DNA of 35,224 bases, from contig CAZFXY010000002.1 in NCBI GenBank assembly GCA_964523185.1, forward strand, positions 1 to 35,224, written 5' to 3'. The notes beneath the pieces are model-generated. The model made no database searches. It was not told the origin of the DNA and saw only the letters and a list, made by a program, of their open reading frames with translations. Below, in pieces: positions 18,905-27,138 of this stretch; positions within the stretch are counted from its first letter, which is position 1, and the number at the start of each line of letters is the position of its first letter. The position numbers were made by a program, and so were the translations under genes. Source of the stretch: an uncultured Methanoculleus sp. (lineage in GTDB: Archaea; Halobacteriota; Methanomicrobia; Methanomicrobiales; Methanomicrobiaceae).

Positions 18905-20089
18905 TCAAACGAGATGATGTGCCTGATGACGTTTATAGATTTCGTCTGCGAGGTTTTTCACTGCGGCGAACTCCTGCTCTCCGGGTTTTCCTTTGATGTA
19001 CACCGGTTCCAGTATCTCTACGGTGAGTTTCGGCAGCATATCAGCCAGAGCCTGCACCGTCTTTCCACCCCAGCCATAGGAACCAATAACGCTCAGGTAG
19101 CGTGCCTTCGGCTTAAGAAGGTTGGCAAGGAATGCAATGTGTGCAGCCTTTGGGTGTGGCCCGAAAAGAACGGTCGGTGTGCCGACGACAATGGTCGTGG
19201 CGTCGAGAAGATCCATTGCAATCACACTGGGCGAGGCAGTGCCAAGGTCATAGGGACGCACCTCGATACCCCGCTCCATCAGTGCATCCACCAGACAGTC
19301 CACCATCAGACGCGTGCTGCCGTGCATCGATACAAAGGGGATAACAACGAGATTCTTTCCCTCCTCTGATGACCATTCGCGATACAGGGAGATGATCCAT
19401 TCCGGCTTGTTGAGCACCGGCCCGTGACTTGGTGCAATGATGGCAGGGGAGAGTGACTCCACGACGTCTAAATATTCGCGAATCTTTGAACGGAATGGCT
19501 GCATGATAGTGGCATAATAACGTTTCGCGGCCTCCTCCAGCCGGGATGAAGTATCCGCAAAGAGCGGTGATGCGGCAAGGTGGGAACCAAGGAAATCACA
19601 CGAAAAGAGAACGCGGTCTTCCGGCACCCAGGTCACCATCGTCTCCGGCCAGTGCACCCATGGCATCGAGTAGAAAACCATCGACTTGTCACCGAGGGAC
19701 AGGGAGTCCTGGTCTTTTACGACCTGAATACGTTCTTCATCGATCAAAAGCATCGAACTGAGCAGATCTTTTCCCTTCTCCATGGTAATGACTTTTGCCA
19801 TGGGGAACAGTTCCAGCAGCATCGGGAGTGCACCGGCATGATCCTGCTCGGCATGGTTTGCCACGATGTAATCCACGGATTCGATTTTCGCCCGGATGAG
19901 GTTTGTTACATACTCCTCTTCGAATCCCAACTCTACCGTATCAATGAGGGCAGTCTTCTCACTCCCCCTGACGACATAGGCATTGTATGTCGTACCATCC
20001 GGGAGGTCCATTAAGTCATCAAAGGACACCCGGTGCCAGTCAATCACGCCCACGGCCTCGATGCCGGGAACGATCTCACGTACTACCAT
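18905..20089 (-). CDS. fprA: Flavodiiron protein (FprA family)
   Basis: GTTYNAY, NHAEQDH, HWPETM, FSCDFLGSH, PSHG; flavodoxin domain SMHGST...GSYGWG. Confidence 0.95.
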   Translation of the reverse strand: MVVREIVPGIEAVGVIDWHRVSFDDLMDLPDGTTYNAYVVRGSEKTALIDTVELGFEEEYVTNLIRAKIESVDYIVANHAEQDHAGALPMLLELFPMAKVITMEKGKDLLSSMLLIDEERIQVVKDQDSLSLGDKSMVFYSMPWVHWPETMVTWVPEDRVLFSCDFLGSHLAASPLFADTSSRLEEAAKRYYATIMQPFRSKIREYLDVVESLSPAIIAPSHGPVLNKPEWIISLYREWSSEEGKNLVVIPFVSMHGSTRLMVDCLVDALMERGIEVRPYDLGTASPSVIAMDLLDATTIVVGTPTVLFGPHPKAAHIAFLANLLKPKARYLSVIGSYGWGGKTVQALADMLPKLTVEILEPVYIKGKPGEQEFAAVKNLADEIYKRHQAHHLV

Positions 20090-20090
20090 G

Positions 20091-20270
20091 TTATTTCACC
20101 TCAGTAAACTTTGTTTTTGAAACCTTACAGACAGGACAGCACCAGTCTTCCGGGAGGTCAGCGAATGCTGTCCCGACAGGTATGCCCCGCTCGCCTTTCT
20201 TTGGATCGTAGATATGTCCGCAGATCTGACATTTCATCCGGGTTGCCGTGTTCATTTTTGCTGTGTTCAT
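20091..20270 (-). CDS. Rubredoxin (59 aa; not in ORF track)
   Basis: Manual translation MNTAKMNTATRMKCQICGHIYDPKKGERGIPVGTAFADLPEDWCCPVCKVSKTKFTEVK*; GGAG RBS upstream of ATG 20270 (alternative starts 20255, 20237); stop lies 1 nt before the fprA ATG. Confidence 0.95.
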   Translation of the reverse strand: MNTAKMNTATRMKCQICGHIYDPKKGERGIPVGTAFADLPEDWCCPVCKVSKTKFTEVK

Positions 20271-20394
20271 TTACGTATCTCCTGTTCCGGAATGCGCCAT
20301 TACAAAAGACACGGGCGGCCGGAATCTTTCGATGAGTGTTTACCACATCATTCCTTAAAAGGGTTATTGTGGATTATTGCATCATCAATCATTT

Positions 20395-20428
20395 TTTTCA
20401 GAGCAGGAACATTTTCAGAGCAGGAACA
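20395..20428. repeat. Exact 17-bp tandem duplication TTTTCAGAGCAGGAACA x2
   Basis: Read directly. Confidence 0.9.
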
Positions 20429-20524
20429 CGGATTCTACGACCGGATCATTTCGCACCCCGGACATGCAACAGGGATAAAGAAAGCAGCATCTGACACGGT
20501 GTTCACCAGGTACATGTTTGATAA

Positions 20525-20568
20525 CAGGCAAACCTTGGCATCAGGCAAAACTTGGCAACAGGCAAACC
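20525..20568. repeat. 17-bp tandem repeat CAGGCAAA(C/A)CTTGGCA(T/A), ~2.6 copies
   Basis: Units start at 20525, 20542 and 20559. Confidence 0.85.
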
Positions 20569-20667
20569 CAGCGTGTCAACACCGTCTCTGTCGGGAAGAA
20601 CCCATGGAATATTTATGAGCCCTGAAACAGCTCAACAATCCGTATATCAGCCCGTGATGATACATCT

Positions 20668-20722
20668 GGTACAATTCAGCCCTGTTCTAAGGGTACAATT
20701 CAGCCCCACTCTAAGGGCACAA
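20668..20722. repeat. 24-bp tandem repeat GGTACAATTCAGCCCnnnTCTAAG, ~2.3 copies
   Basis: Units at 20668-20691 and 20692-20715, partial GGCACAA after. Confidence 0.88.
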
Positions 20723-20749
20723 CCATGATCACAGATCTCACATCTCAGG

Positions 20750-21400
20750 CTACCGGTTTTTTGTCATAACAATCCAGACGCCTGACTCATTCCTGACTAC
20801 TTCACCCTCGACACCTTTGACACCTTTGATCTCGGAAAGGGCCTGTTCAAATCGCTCAATCGTTTCGGGAGACGTATTCGTTAGATAGCGTTTCTCCCAC
20901 TCCGGGTTGCGGGCAATCATCTTCTGTACAACATCATCCCTGAGTTCTGCGTTTCCAAACCCACCGCCAATAAATGTCGTGCCACCGGGCCTGAGTATCC
21001 GGGCAACTTCACTGAAGACCGAAGGCAGATCGTCCCAGAAATAAATTGAACCACGGCTGACGACGAGATCAACGGAATCGTCCGGGAGAGGAATAGCAGC
21101 GACATCGGCCGTAAGTGGGATAATCTGCCCTTCAAGTCCTGCGTCCCTGATATTACTGCGGGCAATCGTCTGTGCATCTTCAGATACGTCAAGAGCGTAG
21201 ACCTGCATATCTGATGCCTTCGCCACAGCAATTGAAATATGTCCGGGTCCACTGCCAAGGTCAATGCACACTCCATCCCGTCGCCCAAAACTGGTAAGAT
21301 AAAATTCGGCAAGCACCGGGTAGATCGGAGCGAAAATAGTCTTTGCGATTCTATCCATTCCTTCTGCTTTTTCCTTTTCAGAACGTTCGTTTTTTTCCAT
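20750..21400 (-). CDS. Class I SAM-dependent methyltransferase
   Basis: IDLGSGPG, ALD, DVAAIPLPDDSVDLVVSRGS.YFW, RILRPGG; ATG 21400 follows a GGAG RBS. Confidence 0.92.
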   Translation of the reverse strand: MEKNERSEKEKAEGMDRIAKTIFAPIYPVLAEFYLTSFGRRDGVCIDLGSGPGHISIAVAKASDMQVYALDVSEDAQTIARSNIRDAGLEGQIIPLTADVAAIPLPDDSVDLVVSRGSIYFWDDLPSVFSEVARILRPGGTTFIGGGFGNAELRDDVVQKMIARNPEWEKRYLTNTSPETIERFEQALSEIKGVKGVEGEVVRNESGVWIVMTKNR

Positions 21401-21612
21401 ATATATCTCCTGTATGCCTATACCCCTGACAATTTCCAATGTTTGAAGGAAATTTCAGGACCAGCACCACAAATAAGGTATTCTTCGTCTATTTGGACGA
21501 ATAAAATAAGAAGATACCGACGTACCTCCCGGATAAGCTAACCATTAATTGTTGCCTGAATCGGTTTTCTGATGGCGATTACGACAAACATCTGTCAGGG
21601 GAGGACAGGAGC

Positions 21613-21687
21613 GAATGAATGAATGAATGAATGAATGAAGGGAGGGAGGAAGGAAGGAAGGAAGGAAGGAAGGAAGGAAGGAAGGAA
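21613..21687. repeat. Compound microsatellite (GAAT)6-GAAG-(GGAG)2-(GAAG)9
   Basis: Read directly; 21637-21687 is purely purine on the + strand. Confidence 0.95.
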
Positions 21688-21802
21688 CATGTCAGAACAT
21701 TGGGTGATGATCTGACACACACAAAACAGGAAAAACCTGTATTCACACAGGTTCAGAAGACAGAAAAACGAAAATGATTACCCTGTTATCCTGTTATCCC
21801 TT

Positions 21803-22156
21803 TTATCCCCTTATCCTTTCCCGAATATCCACTTCTTCCTGCCGCATCGCTTCAATATCAGGATCACCATCGTGGAAATGGGAGAGGAGAAGATCAAAGT
21901 AACCCGATGTCTCCTCCACATATGGCACTTTGACTCTCATCTCAACCTCATCGTCACCGACAATTCCCTTGACAGAGATGAAATCGGTTTTGTCGAATGT
22001 GAAAGGAATCATCCGCATTCCCTCCCAAACCTTCACCTCACCAAACCGGGCAAGATAATTCACAAAATCCATCGTAACCGGTTCGTCAAGGACAAGATCG
22101 TTCCTTGTTGAGCCGTCGTTGCAATATTTATGCAAATTTGATTTCTTTATCCTCAC
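21803..22156 (-). CDS. Hypothetical protein (117 aa) coupled to the cysteine desulfurase-like gene
   Basis: GTG 22156 preceded by GGAGGTG RBS; overlaps the upstream gene end by 29 nt; globular-looking composition. Confidence 0.75.
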   Translation of the reverse strand: MRIKKSNLHKYCNDGSTRNDLVLDEPVTMDFVNYLARFGEVKVWEGMRMIPFTFDKTDFISVKGIVGDDEVEMRVKVPYVEETSGYFDLLLSHFHDGDPDIEAMRQEEVDIRERIRG

Positions 22157-23288
22157 TTCCGGCCACCTCCAGAATTGCCTCAATCGCTTTGTTACATTCG
22201 TCTACTGTGTTCAGACAGGAAGGGCTCAGTCTCACGCTTCCGTCATGGGAATCCATCCGCTGGTGTATGAGCGGGGCGCAGTGAAGACCCGGCCGGGTGA
22301 TAACAGAATACCCTCTCGCAAGGATCCTGGACACCGTGCTGGATTCAAGTCCGCGGATATTAAAAGATACAACAGGGAGGTCAGGATGGTCATTATACAA
22401 TATAATCCCGGGATGATCTTTAATCGCATCGATCAAAAGTCTGGTCATGCCCATCGTCTTCTTTCCCACTTCAGCCAGTCCGATTTCTTCAATATAGTGT
22501 ATGCCCGCAACGAGGGACACAATTCCCGGATAATTCGGGGTTCCGACCTCAAATTTCATAGGCATCTCCAGGGGCTGAAGTGGAAATTTGGAATTAACTC
22601 CCGTGCCACCCTGGCGAACAGGGGCAACCTTTTCAGGATCGGCAAGGTAGAATCCACCAATTCCCGGCAAGCCAAAGAGGGCCTTGTGCCCGGTGAAAAC
22701 AAAGGCATCGACCGGGGTCTCAGAGAGATTGACAGGGATCTCACCTGCGGTCTGGGCAGCGTCAACACAGAAGAAGATGCCACATTCTTTCAGATATTTT
22801 CCGATAGAACCAATATCCTGGACTGTCCCGAAGACATTACTCCCATGAGCCATCACAACCATGCCGGTATCTTCTGTGACTGCCTGTCTCATCGCATCAG
22901 GGGTGACATACCCTTCTTTCGACGGGACAATGGTCAGAGTGATCCGTTTCCCGGCATCAAGGGTTCTGAGTGGTCTGAGAACAGAATTGTGTTCAAGATC
23001 GGTGGTAATGACGTGGACAGGCCCGGTCTGTTGATGTACAAACCCATGAATGACAACATTCAGCGAATCAGTTGCATTCTGCGTGAAGACATAGTGATTC
23101 AGCGGCCCTGCCCGAAAAAATCCGGCAAGAGTCTCCCGGGCAAGGGATACATAGTCTTTCTGCCCAGGCACCGAACTGCGCCCTTCCTCATAGTAGGGAA
23201 GACACAGAGATTCCTCAACCGCTTTGATCACCGGTCCGGGCTTGGGCCAGGTTGTAGCGGCATTATTCAGGTAGATGATCGGATCCAT
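22128..23288 (-). CDS. Class V PLP aminotransferase / cysteine desulfurase family protein
   Basis: YLNNAATTWPKP, NATDSLN, EHNSV.RP, VDAAQ, TGHK (PLP lysine), GTPN, RPGLHCAP (catalytic cysteine motif). Confidence 0.92.
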   Translation of the reverse strand: MDPIIYLNNAATTWPKPGPVIKAVEESLCLPYYEEGRSSVPGQKDYVSLARETLAGFFRAGPLNHYVFTQNATDSLNVVIHGFVHQQTGPVHVITTDLEHNSVLRPLRTLDAGKRITLTIVPSKEGYVTPDAMRQAVTEDTGMVVMAHGSNVFGTVQDIGSIGKYLKECGIFFCVDAAQTAGEIPVNLSETPVDAFVFTGHKALFGLPGIGGFYLADPEKVAPVRQGGTGVNSKFPLQPLEMPMKFEVGTPNYPGIVSLVAGIHYIEEIGLAEVGKKTMGMTRLLIDAIKDHPGIILYNDHPDLPVVSFNIRGLESSTVSRILARGYSVITRPGLHCAPLIHQRMDSHDGSVRLSPSCLNTVDECNKAIEAILEVAGSEDKEIKFA

Positions 23289-23382
23289 CGTTTCTCAATG
23301 GATTATGGAGAGGTTAACCATAATAATATTATCTTATCGCATTTCAACATATTTTTATTAACTTAATGCGAACCAGAATTTA

Positions 23383-24234
23383 ATGATACCGACGACTATG
23401 GAATATGACACCATCAACTGGAACGGAGTCTGGGAAAAAAGGATGAAAATGAACAACAACCTGAAGGGGGGCAGAGGTTGTTCTGAATTCTGGGACTCAA
23501 AGAAAAAAGCTCAGGAATTTGCCACATCATCAGGTGAGGAGAACTCTAACCGTATTCAGAACGTGATCTCCTCGCTCCCGATCTTGCCGGACTCCCGTGT
23601 TCTGGACATTGGGGCGGGACCCGGTTCCATTGCAGTTCCTCTTGCATCGCAGGTCGCAGAGATCACTGCGGTCGAACCTTCACCAGCGATGTTTGAAGTG
23701 CTTGAGCAGACAATCAGGGACGCCGGGATCACAAACATCTCCACAGTGGGCAAACACTGGGAAGACATTGACATATCTGATCTCACACCCCCTTATGATG
23801 TCGTCTTCGCCTCATTCTCTCTCGGTATGCCGGATTTAAAGGACGCAATCGAAAAAATGAACCGGGTTTGTTCAGGAACAGTTCTCCTTTTCCACTTTGC
23901 CGGTCTGCCATACTGGGAACAGATCATGCTCGATCTCTGGCCCTCGCTTCATGGCGTTCCATATCTCCCCGGACCAAAAATTGACGTGGTCTTCAATCTT
24001 CTCTACCAGATGGGTATTTACCCTGAAGTTTCAATATCCCCCCATACTCACACCCTCAGAGTGCCTGATCTTGACAACGCATGTGAGATCCTTAAAAGCA
24101 GGTTTGTTATCGAGACACCAGAACAGGAGAGTGTCCTCAGAGAATACCTGAAAGGCAGGTTCGAACCTGACGGTGAAGGTCTTCTTCTCAGAACACCTGT
24201 CCACAGGGCCCGGCTGAGCTGGCAGGTTCTCTAA
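23383..24234 (+). CDS. Class I SAM-dependent methyltransferase
   Basis: VLDIGAGPG, TAVEPSPAM, WED, YDVVFASFSL; divergent from the desulfurase-like gene. Confidence 0.92.
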   Translation: MIPTTMEYDTINWNGVWEKRMKMNNNLKGGRGCSEFWDSKKKAQEFATSSGEENSNRIQNVISSLPILPDSRVLDIGAGPGSIAVPLASQVAEITAVEPSPAMFEVLEQTIRDAGITNISTVGKHWEDIDISDLTPPYDVVFASFSLGMPDLKDAIEKMNRVCSGTVLLFHFAGLPYWEQIMLDLWPSLHGVPYLPGPKIDVVFNLLYQMGIYPEVSISPHTHTLRVPDLDNACEILKSRFVIETPEQESVLREYLKGRFEPDGEGLLLRTPVHRARLSWQVL

Positions 24235-24259
24235 AGGAAGGAACACGGTAATAGAATAA

Positions 24260-24337
24260 GAGAAATATCCCCTAAAATAACTATCAGATATCCTCAAAAC
24301 AGGTATCAGATATCCCCGGAATGGGTATCAAACATCC
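24260..24337. repeat. Phased TATCAGATATCC-like repeats, ~22-bp period
   Basis: TATCAGATATCC at 24282 and 24304, TATCAAACATCC at 24326, degenerate copy ending ATATCC at 24270. Confidence 0.7.
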
Positions 24338-24408
24338 CGTTTTTATCCGGGGTGTTTCTGGAAGTCACCAACAAAAGGTAATGGGCAGAAAACAAGTAAA
24401 ATACTATG

Positions 24409-24852
24409 TCATAGTGCCCCGATATCCTCATTCCAGACATCAGGATGGGTTTCAATGTATGCGCCCATCATCTGCACAAGTTCGGGCAGACTCAGGTTCA
24501 CTACATCGACCCCCTTGTCCCGCAATAAATCCTCTCCGCCGGCGAAATTGGCAGACTCCCCCACCACCACCTTCGGGATGCCAAACTGAACAACAGCCCC
24601 GGCACAGAGATAACAGGGCATGAGCGTGGAATAGAGTACCGTATCACGATATCGCCCGATTCGCCCGGCATTTCTGAGGCAGTTAATTTCTGCATGCATC
24701 AAAGGATCATTGTCCTGCACCCTCCGGTTATGCCCCCGGGAGATGATGACTCCGTTTCGCACCAGCACGGCCCCAATGGGAATGCCGCCTTCGCTCCTGC
24801 TTTTTTCTGCCTCGTCAATCGCTGCCTGCATAAAGGTGATATCTTCGTCCAT
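24409..24852 (-). CDS. Zn-dependent nucleoside/cytosine deaminase (CDA fold)
   Basis: EGGIPIGAVL, GHNRRVQ, HAE, PCYLC, WNEDIG (resembles yeast FCY1-type cytosine deaminase). Confidence 0.92.
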   Translation of the reverse strand: MDEDITFMQAAIDEAEKSRSEGGIPIGAVLVRNGVIISRGHNRRVQDNDPLMHAEINCLRNAGRIGRYRDTVLYSTLMPCYLCAGAVVQFGIPKVVVGESANFAGGEDLLRDKGVDVVNLSLPELVQMMGAYIETHPDVWNEDIGAL

Positions 24853-25049
24853 GGTACTACTCCGATTATGTCAGTGTAGAGAGCACAAGAGGATAAAAAC
24901 TCTCTTCCCGTAGTCAAAAGAGCAGGCGGTATAAACAAGGCACGTCTGCACACAAATGCGAGGCGGTCACCATTCTGCCTGAAACTGCCCCCTCATACCA
25001 CCTGAGAGACGAAAACTCCGATTTACCGGGCCCATCCGGTTTCAGAGAT

Positions 25050-25076
25050 AATAGAGAGAATAGAGAGAATAGAGAG
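25050..25076. repeat. (AATAGAGAG)3 tandem repeat
   Basis: Three exact 9-mers. Confidence 0.9.
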
Positions 25077-25122
25077 AAAATGATGCAAAGGTATCTCTCC
25101 AGACGGGGAGAGGCACCTCGCC

Positions 25123-27138
25123 TCACGCATCTTCATCCTCGACACAGTCGAGTTCAGCCACAATCGCCAGGGGATCAGCAGTCTTTCGAACCATCTTCAA
25201 GATCCTTGAGAGGCGTTCAATGCCTATGAAATGCTCGGCCATCACCTGACCCAGAGGGGAGAGGATGATTTTTCCGTTCTGTTCACGGATGTAGCCCCCC
25301 TGGTTCAGGAGGGGCCAGACATCCTCCATTTCACCCACCATCGTGCTGCAAATCTCCGTCAGGCACCCCCGGTCCCCGCCGCATACCACCGCATTGGCGA
25401 CATATTCCTCAGACGAACCTTCAATATCATAGACCGGAGAGACCTCCTCCATCTCACCTTTAAGGAGGCGTATCGCCACTTCCTCTTCCGTGCCACCGTC
25501 GGACTCCCGTGAATAGACACCACCCGGTTCAGCGAGAATGACCACTTTACCCAGATCGTGGAAATCCGGCCGTCCCGCACGACCCATCATCTGAGAAAAC
25601 TCCTGCACCTTCAGCCACGAGATACCCATCGCAAGGGCGTCAAAAATGACCTGAGAAGCAGGAAAGTCCACGCCTGCCGCCAGAGCCGCTGTCGTGACAA
25701 CCGCAGCAATCTCTCCTTTCTCAAACCTCATCTCTACATCACGCCGCTCCTTTGCAGAAAGACCGGCATGATACGGCATCGCCTTTTTTCCGATGGCATC
25801 TGACACCGTGTGACACCGGGCCCGGGAGTTCGTGAAAACGATCGTCTGCCCCCGGAATCCTTTGGACGAGGTTTTTCGGAACTCCTCGAACACCAGCTTT
25901 TTGATGATCTCGATCTTTTCCTTGCGTTCCGTAAAGATCAGATGACGTTCCAGACCCACCGGGCGTTCATCGTAACGGACAAGTTCACTCTGCAGTTTCT
26001 TTGCCAGAAGAGACGGGGATCCGATGGTAGCGCTTAAAAACAGAAACTGTGCGCGAGGGGCAACATACCGCAGACGCGCAATAAGCCCGTCGAGCCGGTG
26101 CCCCCGTTCCGCGTCCTCCAGCATCTGCACCTCATCGATCACCACCGTCCCCACCTTGGCAAGGCGCCGGCCCATCCGAAGATGGTGATCTACCCCTTCA
26201 TAGGTTCCGACGATGATATCAGACTTCATACTACGGCGAGCGTTCACCCGGGTCTCAGGGATGCGAATCCGGGAGACCCCGGTCAACAGTGAAACATTCA
26301 GGAATTCACCATAGCGTTCGGTAAAACGACGATATTTCTGGTTTGCAAGAGCAACAAGGGGGACTAAAAAAAGCATCGCGCCCCTGCCTTCACTGTGGTT
26401 TTTCACCCCTGCCATCTCACCGATAAAGGTCTTGCCACTTGCAGTGGCCGCCACCACCAGCTGATCTTTTCCCTGTAACAGTCCGGCATCGACACAGAGC
26501 TGCTGAACCGGCATCAGATTTTTCACCCCTGACGCCTCAATAAATTTTTTGGGGAGCGCAAGAGCCGTTAACGGCTGTGTTTCCCGCAGGGTATGGGGTT
26601 CAAGCCGGTCAAAGAGCGTCTGAGAAGGCCGTGCAGCCTCAGGCTGCAGCATCCCGAGAACACGGTCAAGATCCTGGTACATCTCAAGCATATTCTCCAG
26701 ATGGCCGATGGACTTCATCCCCATCCCCCCCATATAACCCGTCTCACGGCGCAGTTCATTTTTGGCACAGTACATGCAGATCTGCTCACGCCCGTATTTC
26801 ACCGAATTTTTCTTATTCAGGGGGGTGATCCGATCACAAAGAAGACAGGTCCGGCAGACATTGGTCACCGTCACCGGAATCTGGAGATCACTGCACATCG
26901 ACCGAAACGCCTCATCCTCCCCGGTGAGGTATACCTTCTCTTTCCTGAGTTCCCGCAGCAGATCCTTTGTCGGCACATGCCGCGGATGACTCCTGCCCGC
27001 CTCACGGTACCGGAACTCTTTCGGACGGCATCCCTTGCCGGTTTTTGAAAGATCCAGATCTCCACTGCCCGTCACCCGTCGGCCATCATAAAAATAGAGG
27101 CGGTATGGTCCCCGCCCGGGATGAACAATAATACTCAT
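25123..27138 (-). CDS. SF2 DExH helicase, archaeal Ski2-like (ASH-type) with N-terminal Cys cluster
   Basis: ATASGKT, PLVALANQKY, DEVQ, SAT, YHAGL, TAALAAGVDFP, QMMGRAGRP; N-terminal CRTC...CMYC. Confidence 0.92.
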   Translation of the reverse strand: MSIIVHPGRGPYRLYFYDGRRVTGSGDLDLSKTGKGCRPKEFRYREAGRSHPRHVPTKDLLRELRKEKVYLTGEDEAFRSMCSDLQIPVTVTNVCRTCLLCDRITPLNKKNSVKYGREQICMYCAKNELRRETGYMGGMGMKSIGHLENMLEMYQDLDRVLGMLQPEAARPSQTLFDRLEPHTLRETQPLTALALPKKFIEASGVKNLMPVQQLCVDAGLLQGKDQLVVAATASGKTFIGEMAGVKNHSEGRGAMLFLVPLVALANQKYRRFTERYGEFLNVSLLTGVSRIRIPETRVNARRSMKSDIIVGTYEGVDHHLRMGRRLAKVGTVVIDEVQMLEDAERGHRLDGLIARLRYVAPRAQFLFLSATIGSPSLLAKKLQSELVRYDERPVGLERHLIFTERKEKIEIIKKLVFEEFRKTSSKGFRGQTIVFTNSRARCHTVSDAIGKKAMPYHAGLSAKERRDVEMRFEKGEIAAVVTTAALAAGVDFPASQVIFDALAMGISWLKVQEFSQMMGRAGRPDFHDLGKVVILAEPGGVYSRESDGGTEEEVAIRLLKGEMEEVSPVYDIEGSSEEYVANAVVCGGDRGCLTEICSTMVGEMEDVWPLLNQGGYIREQNGKIILSPLGQVMAEHFIGIERLSRILKMVRKTADPLAIVAELDCVEDEDA

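Noticed and set aside
20158..20346. 62-aa minus-strand ORF in the track
   Set aside because: Wrong frame; the rubredoxin frame (20091-20270) is the real gene.
20214..20618. 134-aa plus-strand ORF
   Set aside because: Overlaps the rubredoxin antisense and runs through tandem duplications; no motifs.
20654..20660. C-box-like GTGATGA (also near 21704) suggesting a C/D sRNA
   Set aside because: No suitably spaced D box (CTGA) and D'/C' pair.
22119..23366. 415-aa ORF on the + strand
   Set aside because: In-register antisense shadow of the cysteine desulfurase-like gene; no recognisable motifs.
24914..25126. 70-aa ORF containing FSLFSLFSL
   Set aside because: Product of the (AATAGAGAG)3 repeat read on the minus strand; no other support.
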